Origin: a virus | Strand: one strand, 5' to 3' | Virus genome (UHGV): UHGV-1372779 | Length of the DNA stretch: 64,000 nucleotides | Shown here: positions 39,101 to 49,300 of the stretch, piece by piece | Layout of the letters: every line of letters starts with the position of its first letter | Numbering within the stretch: the stretch's first letter is position 1 | Translations under genes and position numbers: made by a program | The notes under the pieces: generated by a model | What the model was told of the DNA's origin: nothing | Databases searched by the model: none | The model's input: only the letters and a program-made list of their open reading frames with translations

Positions 39101-42100
39101 AGCGATATATTAATTTAATCTTATTTGTTCTTAATAAATTCATTACATTATTTACTAGATCTGTAACAGTTTTATTTCTGTTTACCGATTCAGCAAAGTT
39201 AGTATTTAAATTAGAATTAAACAAATAATAATTAGGATTCTTGTCTAAGACAATATCAGTGTACTTCTTTACTGGATACCCACCTTCGTTCATTTCAACC
39301 GTGACTTCTTGGATCTTATATGTAGATGTGTTTTTATCATATTTTTTCACATATTTATTTCCCATAGCCATTTCCTCAAAAGAACCTTTCACTGGAGCTA
39401 GTCTCATTTTTACATCATCCATATTTACATCATTGAGAGTAATCTTATCTCCTTGAAGATCATATTTGATATTTGGAATTGATGTATTATAATCTACTTC
39501 TCCTATATATTGGAAGAATCTACTTGCTAAACTATTTCTATTATATACTGATCCTTGTAGGATTTTTAATAAACTACCTTGTCCTTTTCTTCCTTTATTA
39601 ACTATTAAGTCATAAATAAGGAACAAATTAGATAATTTAATCCCATCAAATGTAATATTCTCAATAGCTCCAAATGCTGTAATTTGTTTATCAAATTCTA
39701 TATTATCTACAGTATTTAACATATTTACAGCAGATCTATAATGAGTATAAGGAGATCCATCCAGTTTGGATTTTTTATCAGTTAGAATAAGTTTATTCAA
39801 AAATTCATTTCTAGATAATACTGGAGTATTCACTCTTAATCCATTAGGAGAAATAGTATATCCATTTTTTAACATAGGAATTACTTTATTTTCCATATAA
39901 TATTTAAAAGAAGCCAATCCATCATCATCAGATAAGTTATATATGGTATCAGTAACAGCTTCAGTTAAAACTCCATTTATAAAATGAGAATCACCAGCTT
40001 TAACTTTAATTCCTATATTCTCATGATTTAAGAATTTCTTAATAATTAACTCATCTATATAATCTCTAATAGTACTAAACTGATTATCAGTTAATTTACC
40101 TATAGTACCATTGGACTTTTTCATTACTTCCGTTTCCAGTTGTCCTGTTATATCCATTAGTAAATTATATTTTATAGATGCCAATTTAAGATTATCTTCA
40201 TTTACTAAATAAGCTTTTAAGAAAGCATTGTAGTGAGGAAGTTTATCTATTAGATCAAATACATTAATTGCCCTCTTATAATTATTATAAAATTCAATTA
40301 CTGCATTTTTATATTCTGGGAGATTGAAAAATTTATTTAAGTCAAAATTAAAGTTGACTAAATTAGGATCTCCATTATTTGCATATTCTATAAGATTCTT
40401 AGTAACATTATATCTCTTTATAGCATCAGGATGATGATTTTCACTCTTTGTATCAAATCCAGCATATAATGTTGTAGCATCAGATAATGGATCAGATAAT
40501 AAATCATTAAATACTTTAGAGAAAGAATATCTATCAAATAATTTAGTTTTAGCACCTCCGTTTATACCTAATATTCTTCCTAATGAAGCTATTTCCTTAG
40601 CACTCTTAAATGCAGTAACAAATGATGAATAACTAGCATTGTCTTTATTTAACTTATCTCTAAGAGTTTTTAGATCTATAAGTTTACCCACATACCTCAA
40701 CAATCCCTTAGTAAAGTTATCAGATTCTTTATATAGGTAACTTTCACTTACCATTTCTCTAAATTCTTGAGCTATTTCATATTCATCTTGATTAGAATAT
40801 TCTTCAACAAATGTTCTGTTACTTTCCTCTAAGTCTTTTTTAATATTTAATAGCTCCTCTACAGGGATAGAATTTAAAATCTTACTAGGATTTTTTTCTA
40901 CTTTACCATCATTTCTTCTGATTTCTGAAACTTTTCCATCTGTTTGCAGTTTGCTTATATAATTTCTTAATGTTACTTTCCATTTATCATCTAAGAAATT
41001 ATTATAAGATAATCCATTATCAAGTTTTTTTAATATTGAATCAATACTCTCAGATTCATCATACATTCTATTTACATTAACAGCATTTTTTATGTCAGAT
41101 ACAGCATCACTTGTCATAAGATTTGCAATATCAGAGAATTCCAAACCATTAATGATTAGATATATATATGTTCCCATTAAATCTGGGTTGGCATTAATTT
41201 TATCAAGAATTAACTCTTTAGCATTATCTGTTGCGGCAGAAATGACGGCTGATATAACTAGAGATTTATCAGTTTGTATATACTTACTAGATACTGCATC
41301 TATATCATCAGCAGTTAAATCCCTTCCCTGCATTAGCTCAGCTCTATTTTCTTCTATAGCTTCATCTAATACTCTTCTTACATTAGGAGCATTATCAAGG
41401 TTTATATTAGCTAATGTATTTGCAAATACTCTAACTAATTTATTAACATCTTTGCCTTGATTATCTTTCATGCTCCTGTATATATTAAATATATTATTGA
41501 AATATATACTACTTGCTTTTAAATCTTCAACAGTAAGATTAGGCAATTTAGATAATCTTTGAGCTTCTTGATTAAAATATTGAGTTGCAGCTAAGAATAC
41601 TTTTTGTCCTACTGCACTAATACCAATACCTTCTTTTCCTGCCATATTAGCATAGAATAGATTATATTTAGTAGTAGGAGTAAATGTTGTCACTCTTTTA
41701 ATTTTCTCTCCCTCCTTAGACTTTTCTGCTGCTCTTTGAGGATCAGTCATAGCAATAGGAGAATAAGCTGCAATATGATTTTTCAGATTATTAGTAATCT
41801 GATATATAGTATTAAAGATAAAGTTCTTAGACCCTTGTAATAGTTCAGAATCTGAATTAGGTTGAGTATTATGGGATGATATATTTGACGAAATACGATC
41901 TATCCAATCTTCCTTCCCAGTTCCTTCATCATAATATAATTTAACATTATCTATTCCAGAATCATATATTCTATTTAATATCTTAACAGTAGCTTCAAAA
42001 GGAGTTCTTGAAGTTAATAATTCATTAGTTATATCAATAGAATCTACTCCCCTTTCCTTAGTAAATCCATAATTATTGGTTTCTGGATTAAAATTAGGAT

Positions 42101-42119
42101 AAGGAAGTTGTTTACTCAA
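39093..42119 (-). CDS. giant protein (1008 aa as tracked). No ATG start. Either the 3' exon of the intron-split upstream gene or a separate TTG-initiated gene.
   Basis: Track start codon is TTG. The frame stays open a further 38 codons upstream to TAA at 42237-42239 with no ATG. The first in-frame ATG is about 124 codons inside. Confidence 0.5.
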   Translation of the reverse strand: MSKQLPYPNFNPETNNYGFTKERGVDSIDITNELLTSRTPFEATVKILNRIYDSGIDNVKLYYDEGTGKEDWIDRISSNISSHNTQPNSDSELLQGSKNFIFNTIYQITNNLKNHIAAYSPIAMTDPQRAAEKSKEGEKIKRVTTFTPTTKYNLFYANMAGKEGIGISAVGQKVFLAATQYFNQEAQRLSKLPNLTVEDLKASSIYFNNIFNIYRSMKDNQGKDVNKLVRVFANTLANINLDNAPNVRRVLDEAIEENRAELMQGRDLTADDIDAVSSKYIQTDKSLVISAVISAATDNAKELILDKINANPDLMGTYIYLIINGLEFSDIANLMTSDAVSDIKNAVNVNRMYDESESIDSILKKLDNGLSYNNFLDDKWKVTLRNYISKLQTDGKVSEIRRNDGKVEKNPSKILNSIPVEELLNIKKDLEESNRTFVEEYSNQDEYEIAQEFREMVSESYLYKESDNFTKGLLRYVGKLIDLKTLRDKLNKDNASYSSFVTAFKSAKEIASLGRILGINGGAKTKLFDRYSFSKVFNDLLSDPLSDATTLYAGFDTKSENHHPDAIKRYNVTKNLIEYANNGDPNLVNFNFDLNKFFNLPEYKNAVIEFYNNYKRAINVFDLIDKLPHYNAFLKAYLVNEDNLKLASIKYNLLMDITGQLETEVMKKSNGTIGKLTDNQFSTIRDYIDELIIKKFLNHENIGIKVKAGDSHFINGVLTEAVTDTIYNLSDDDGLASFKYYMENKVIPMLKNGYTISPNGLRVNTPVLSRNEFLNKLILTDKKSKLDGSPYTHYRSAVNMLNTVDNIEFDKQITAFGAIENITFDGIKLSNLFLIYDLIVNKGRKGQGSLLKILQGSVYNRNSLASRFFQYIGEVDYNTSIPNIKYDLQGDKITLNDVNMDDVKMRLAPVKGSFEEMAMGNKYVKKYDKNTSTYKIQEVTVEMNEGGYPVKKYTDIVLDKNPNYYLFNSNLNTNFAESVNRNKTVTDLVNNVMNLLRTNKIKLIYRCE

Positions 42120-42233
42120 CTCAAAGTTGTTTATTCCCTCTTTAGATATATCATATCTAAATATTCTACTCCAAGGGGCATATACTCCAGAATCATTAAT
42201 TATAGGAGAAGTAATATATGCTTTGTCTATATC

Positions 42234-43314
42234 CGTTTAACCTTTATACTTTCACATAAAGACTGACTATATCATCACTGTTAATCTTCATTAACAGTGT
42301 CTTGCGCTTCGAGAACAGCTTTTTGCTGTGCAATAAACTCTTCTTTAGTAAAGTTATCTCTTATTTTATATAATAAAGATGGAACTTGTTCGATATATGG
42401 TTTTACAATTTCTATAAACTTTTTACAATCTTCTTCTGTGCTAGAGGCAATTGAAAAAGTGCCCTTTCCTTCTTTAAAAGGTCTAAATTTTATATTCCAG
42501 ACTTCTAAAAAGTATTGGATAATTATATTAATTGTAGGTTCATCAACACAAGTAGCTATTTTTATAGTATGTTGAATTGAACTTCTTTGTTTAGATGTAT
42601 TTACATTTATACACCCATCATCCATATACCAAATTGCAATCCCTAAAGGATTTAACCAATTTAGCAATCTTCTAGTAATAGTTTTCTTTGGAATATAAAT
42701 AGTTCTCCTTAATGCTTTAATAGTTGGATTTAAGGACATTTGCGAATATAAAACGTTCTTTCCTATATTGTAGCCGCATTTAGAAATATATTCCTTAATT
42801 CCATTATTTTTAATATTAAATTTGTTAAGAAGATCTACTTTCCATTGTAAAAACTCTCTCTGTGCTTCTGAATGAGAAAGTTTAAAAACGTAATTACTAG
42901 AAATTGTTCCATCTCCTAATAAAAGTCCTATTAATAGACTTTTTTGTTCTTTACTAAGTTTTTTAGTTATTTTTCGTGCCATATTACCTAATATTTTAAA
43001 TTAAACATTAGATAAAAGTCCCTACTCCCATAAAGGGATAGTCGATGAACTTTCATCCTTATAAATATAAAGATATAAGAAAATTTGTCAATTGACTAGT
43101 CTTATATCAAAATATTTATCTAGGATGCTTAGCTGCGGATTGTCCAATTTTAACCTTTTTTACTATACTGATAATAGTTAATTATCACCATTAAGTGTAT
43201 TTCTACCTTAATTTAGTAGGTTAAACTCTAAGGAGTTCCCCGCCAATTCACAAGATTTATTATAGTGACTACAATATTTAATTTGTCACCTAGCTAAACT
43301 TAAAAACTAGGTCA
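42234..43314 (-). mobile_element. group I self-splicing intron (td-like core) carrying a LAGLIDADG homing endonuclease. 3' boundary uncertain (alternative 42166).
   Basis: Minus-strand elements: P1 exon AGUGACUAU pairs with IGS GUAGUCACU with U.G at the splice site. CGGGGAACUCCUUAGAG and GACAAUCCGCAGCUAAGC resemble T4 td P4-P6. CGACUAUCCCUUUAUGGGAGUAGGGAC (43026-43052 plus-coordinates) nearly matches td P7/P3 GACUAUCCCUUUGGGGAGUAGGG. P7' GAUAUAGUC follows right after the HEG stop, then P9-like hairpin CUUUAUGUGAAAGUAUAAAG. Intron begins with UGA. Confidence 0.75.
42281..42982 (-). CDS. LAGLIDADG homing endonuclease (single-chain, two motifs), intron-encoded
   Basis: Motif 1 SLLIGLLLGDGTISS. 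Motif 2 IAIWYMDDGCINV about 100 aa later. Flanked by stops. Sits in the P8 region of the intron. Confidence 0.8.
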   Translation of the reverse strand: MARKITKKLSKEQKSLLIGLLLGDGTISSNYVFKLSHSEAQREFLQWKVDLLNKFNIKNNGIKEYISKCGYNIGKNVLYSQMSLNPTIKALRRTIYIPKKTITRRLLNWLNPLGIAIWYMDDGCINVNTSKQRSSIQHTIKIATCVDEPTINIIIQYFLEVWNIKFRPFKEGKGTFSIASSTEEDCKKFIEIVKPYIEQVPSLLYKIRDNFTKEEFIAQQKAVLEAQDTVNED

Positions 43315-46300
43315 ATAGTCACTTCCCTGTAACCAAATTTGGTAATGTGATACATAAGCCTCATTGCTTTCAGCATCAGAGAATCCTACAACTTTCATAG
43401 TCATAATTGATTGGAAAGCCTGAGCTGGAATACGATTAGCTGTAACATTTAAAGCCTCCTTAAATGAAGTAAACATCTTTTCAGCTTTTCTATTTATATT
43501 ATTTCTAATAGATTGGTTATATCTACCTTTAACCTCTCTAACTAATTCTTCATTTTCTAAATTACTTAAATCTCCAAAGGAATTTAATAACTTAGTATCA
43601 TAAGTTCCAAAAAAGGTTAATAATGTATTTATATTATCAGGATTAAAATTATAGAATATTCCATTATAGTTTTGGTCTTTAGATACATCTAATAATCTAG
43701 TCATATTATTAGGATCAACTACTATAACTTCTTGCGGAATCTGTGATTTGGGATCTTTGTAAAACTTCAATCCATCTATTTTATATAATTTTCTTCCTGC
43801 TTCATCCATTCTCCAGATTTCTCCATCAATATTATCTTTAATAATATCTATCTCCTCTAATTCAGAAATATAATCATTCTTTGAAGAAGAATCATTAATT
43901 ATAACTTGAGCATTTGCTCCAGCTGGATTTAATAATAATGCATCTATATTGTTGTTATTCTTAATTTCCTCCTTAGCTGCATTATAGTTAGCTATAAGCT
44001 TTTCTCTAAAAAATCTGCCATTGCTATTTATTACATCTGGAATAGAATCCCCAGGTCTAAGGAAGAATTTAGTTTGATATATCTTAGATAGAACTACCTC
44101 TGCAGGATTTATTATTATATTCTCTATTTTAACCATTAATTCTTCTGGAGTATATTGAGACAACATCGTTCTATCAATTCTTTCTCCAGTACTAATATTA
44201 TATAAATTATCTTGATTTGCAGATATAATATCATTAATCCTAGGATCTAAAGAAGATAATTCATAAAATCCCTCATCCAATCTAGATAAAGACTTATTAA
44301 TTCTATTTTGCACCTCTAGTATTTGTTCATCAGAGCCTTTATTAGCTCTTAATTCAAAGATTGTTTTAACTAGTGGATTATCATAAATACTATATGTGTA
44401 ATCAATTCCTGGTATTCTGAATGTTACATTCATAGGAGCTAATTCCTTCCTAGAATCTTTTATTATAGTAAGAGGTTTATCAGAATTTTTATATTTCTGA
44501 TATAACTCATAGGTATTAATTTCTTCATCTTGACCTGATTCTTCATTAAACACCACATCTCCGAATTTTAGATCAGATGGATTTATTGTTGGATTCAGAT
44601 TCGGCGCAGAATCTTTAAAATTATCTACTGCACTTATTCTATCTAATCCTTCCCCAGTAGCTCTATATCCAGCCTTAGCAGCTATTAATTCTAAATCAAA
44701 TTCTGAATAAGTTCCATTTAAATTAATAGGGTTTCCATTAATATCAACAAATCCTTCTGTTCCATCAAAATGATAAAATTTCATAGAACCATAAGAAGGT
44801 TTCATTACAGCTCCCATACCAGAGAATGTTCTCTTAATACTATCAGAATTCATTTTGGATGTAAGCATTGTGATAAATTGATTATGAATACTTCCTGCAC
44901 TGAATGGAGTTTTAAAATTAAAATCAGCTGTATTAAATTCTGTATTTAAATTATTCTCAAATTCTTGAGCTATTTCATTTAAATATCCATTTAATAGTGC
45001 ATCAGAATCAGATCCAGTAGATAATGCTCTTAATAGAGATTTTGTCAGAGTTTTATATAATTTAGTCTTATTACCTAAAGATATCTCATTATATGCCTCA
45101 ACAGCTCTTGCATCATTCTGAGCTTCTAAATACTCTTTTAGTGTTAAATCAACAATACTTCCTAAAGCATTATAGGCTCTAGAAGCTAATTTTATTGTAT
45201 TACCATTAGCAGCCAATGTAGATATAATCTGAGTAGATTCAGTTACTTCTGAATTATCTGCATGGTGATCAGCATTCATTTGAATTCCAAAATATTGAGA
45301 ACCTATAGTGTAATAATTCAAATCTGAATCATCATATCTACTTGTGGCTGGATTAGTATTTCTAGCTCCAACTTTAAGTGCAGAACCATTGATTAAATAG
45401 TGAATATCACTATGCTTCATTGGTTGATAGATATAATTTTGATCTAATATTACCTTTAGATTTCCATTACTATCAAAGAAGTCTGATTTATTTTCAGATA
45501 ATTTATTTTCTTCTACATCATATATGTTAGATTGGAATGAAGCGTTTTCATTACCTATTACTTGTCTAATATTATTTAAGTCTTCCTTAGTTTTATAGAA
45601 TCCAGTAGAATTTATAAATTTGGCTACAGCTTTAACTGATGCTTCACTAGGTTCTAAAAATCTATTAACTGGATTTTCAGAGTTTAAAGAGAAACTTCTT
45701 TGTCCTCCTAATGCTTCCCATAATTTAAAATTGGTATCAATTAACACATTAGGTCTTTCTTTTATAAAACTGTTAGGAGCCTGAGTTCCATCTCTATTTA
45801 CATGAACCTCTTTTATAGTATATCTATTATTTCCCTCTGGAATTATGTCTAATATTTGACGATACTCACCTTCATCAGTATTAAAATAATAAATACTTTC
45901 CTTAAGAACCTGATCTAAAGATCTTAAATTTCCATCAAAATCTTGCATTAAATTAAGAACCGGAATAGGCCAAGCTCTGTCAGTCATTTTCTTTAATAGC
46001 TTAATTTTTTCTGGAGAATGTCTCATTACATTATTATCAATTGCAAATGAAGCACATTTAAATAATGAAGCAGAACCATGAATAGGATTTATGTCATATC
46101 CAAAGTTCTTTCTATTTTGTCCAGCTGAACTTGAGAACATTGAATTATTCTCTAATTCATTTTGCCAACCAGTACATTCCATAGAACCATCTAGGGGCTT
46201 AACTACATCTTCTTCTCCAGAAGGATTAAATACTGGTGCCTCAATATCTTTAATAACAGCACACCTAATTTCAGATCCAGTTCCTTCTAAAGATCCTTGA

Positions 46301-49300
46301 TAATAGTTATGAATAGTACCCTGCATCATAACCATACGTTTATATTGAGCAATCAATCTATTAGCATGGTCATTTATACAATAATTCTCTTCATTACCTT
46401 CAAATTTAACTTTCTTTAGTTTAGAAGGATGAGCATAAGGCTCCCCTGCAGTAATCTGCATAAATTGATTAGATAAATACCCATCTAAAAAGAAGAATTT
46501 TTCAAATATAGGATTTAATTTACCATCTCTAATAATATCCATGTACCCATCTTTTCCTATCCAAGAATATGCTGTGTAATCATCTTTTAAGAAACTAAAC
46601 ACATCAGTATCTATCTTAATGTGCTTATCTAAGATGTCTTGTTTGAAGTTATCCATAGACCTCTTTATAAATCTTTCATAAGCCTTATCAGAAGTTGTAG
46701 ATACTTTATATATCTCACTCATATATTCTATGAAAGGGTTCATTCTCATTTTTCCATCTACTTTAGAGAAATGAGTTTCTTCTACCCATTCAAAAGTGGG
46801 ATCTTCATGAGCAATTTGTGAAGCCACAGCTTGTACTTCTTTGAATCTATTAGTTAGCATATCATTAATAGTATTCATGTTTTTTCTAACAGCTCTAGCT
46901 TTTCCTTCTTCTGATGTACTATTAAATATATTAGTAGCTATATTAACCCCTAATCTTTCTCCTATTCTTGAATAAGTATTAAATAAGTTACTTAATACAT
47001 TAGTATAATAGGTCTTTTGTCTTCTCCTATTCTCTTGCTCAATTTCAGGAGCGGTTACACTTGATAAACTTTTATCATTAATCTTTAAATCTTTAGATAT
47101 AGTAACTAATGACTGGTTTGCCTTGTCTGCATATACAGTAGGAAGAAAGTTTATATCATTTCCATCTATTAAATTCTTATAAAAGTCTAATATAACAGAT
47201 GAAGTAGTATACTCAGCTACATTAAATTTATTCTTTTGTATAACTCTTCCTGATTGAGTTACAAATTCAGTTTTTAATCTAACTCCTTTAATTAAGTCAG
47301 GAGAATTAAATAAAATATTTTCAGAAAAAATATTTTTAAATTGAGGATTTCTTTTTAATTCTCTATTCTGATATTGTTTTACTACTTCTATAAAATCAGG
47401 AATAGTTTTCATAAGATTCATCAACCCCACTGAAGGAACATTATCCCCATCTGAATTTTTATATGTACTAGGATTAGTATCCCCATTTATTATACTTAGA
47501 GAAGATACTATAGATTTAAATATAGCACTTCTTCCGGTCCCTGAAGAATTTCTACTTATTAATAATCTAGGACTTATTGTAGGATTAATAAATTGTTTAT
47601 TAAATGCTTCTCCACTTAATCCAGAATATCTTCTATCACTTTTAACTTCTCTAACAAATTCTTCTGGTGTGAATTTCTTTTTATTATCTACTTCCTTCTT
47701 ATGAATATCCTCTAATACCCTTAACGTGTCTAAAGTGCTGTATAAAAATGATAATAAATCTGATTTAAGATTATTTTCATCTTTATATTCATTAGTCATT
47801 CTAGAATACAATTGTCCAGCTGTGTTCTTAAATGGGAATCCAGTAGTAAGCTGTAATAATTCTAGCAATCTATATCCATCCATTACATCTGGATCTACTT
47901 TTTCTCCATTTATAATTTTACTTACCTGATCTGGAGTAGGCATTATTAAACTTTCTCTTACAGATTTATTATAATCTGTTCTAGTAACAGGATCTAACTT
48001 TTCTGCCTTCATATTTGGAGATAAGTTAATAGATCTGTTATTTAGTTTAATAGTTATAGTTTGGTCATTATTATATGTTAATCCGAACCCATCGTTTTGG
48101 TCTTTAATTATATTTAATAGTTCATTAGTAACTAAGCTATTTAAATCATTAGCTGAATTTACTTCATAATTTTTTAATGTAGACTCATATGAAATATTTG
48201 AAAATGTATCAATTTCATATTGTTTTGTATCTGGATTAAATTTATATGAAATATATTCAGAAGGCCCTTGTTTATTTATATAAGCCATTATATCCATAAA
48301 ATAGTTAAAATCTAAATCAGTCTGATTTTTAGCTATTATGTTATATAATGATGTTGCTTTAGGACTTGGGTCTATAATACTTTTATATATAGAATATAAT
48401 GTATCTTTTACTGAATTATCAAAGCTATCATTATATTTAAATTGTTTAAATGCGGATTGAGTTCCGAAGAATCTATTAAATAATTTAAGATATGCCTTAG
48501 TAGGATTTAAATGGGCTTCATTTAATTCTGGATATTTATTCTTAACTGAAGAATTATTGAATTTAGCTATGGCTGTGTTAAAATCATTAACTGTTAAATA
48601 ACTAAATCCATCCCAATTCCCATTAAGATCTAATTTCTTAATATTTTGAATTATAGCTTTAGTAACTGCTGCAGTTTCTCTTTCTATACTTGTTTCAAAA
48701 TTAGTTGTGGAGAAACTTTGTCTAATTATATTCTTTTTAAATGGAAGATATTTAGGTTCATACAGATTAGAAGTTACAATTCCAAACTTCTTAGGATCTA
48801 TATAAACTAACCCAGTAGTAATAATGTTAATTAAATTATCAAAATTTTCTAAAGCTATAGTAGAATTATAAGCATCAATAAACAATTTATCATTAGGAGA
48901 TAATTTAGTAAATGCTCTGTCATTTATTGAATTTAATCTAGAAGTAGGATTATTAGTTTCATAGTATTCATTTATTCTTCTAATAACTTCATTAAATCCT
49001 TCTAAATTAAAATCTCCATTTACATTATATAGATTTACTTTAGGCAGTTCCAAAAAGTTAGTGATATTATCTAATAAGTCTTGTTTGTATTGACCTATAT
49101 TTAAATTCATATCCTTAACAGTTTTGGCTATCTTTCCAGAATCAAAATCTAAAAAGGATGTTTTAAATATGTCCTTTCCAAAACTATTTTGGAATCTGCT
49201 TAATAATGCAGAATTAGTTTGAAATTTATTGCTTAAATCTAGAGTAGATTTAATATTACTAGAATAATCTACATCTTTTCTACTAGATTCTATTTCATTT

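Noticed and set aside
42166-42233. Committing to a single 3' splice site for the intron
   Set aside because: Two candidates are each supported by one strong but different signal: a 9-bp P10 at 42166 versus in-frame exon continuity without ATG at 42234. They could not be discriminated from sequence alone. Both are reported in the finding, and the conservative 42234 boundary is used for the feature.
42281-42982. Intein interpretation of the LAGLIDADG ORF
   Set aside because: The HEG ORF is bounded by stop codons and embedded in structured, higher-GC RNA-like sequence with td-like P3-P9 elements. It is not in frame inside a host protein.
43300-43320. Possible stop-codon reassignment (TGA read through), as reported for some crAss-like lineages, to explain the 2138-aa ORF ending in TGA next to a large gap
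   Set aside because: The TGA is followed four codons later by an in-frame TAA. Nearly all genes in the window end in TAA at sensible boundaries. The region after the TGA has a clear group I intron core, so an intron explains the arrangement better than recoding.
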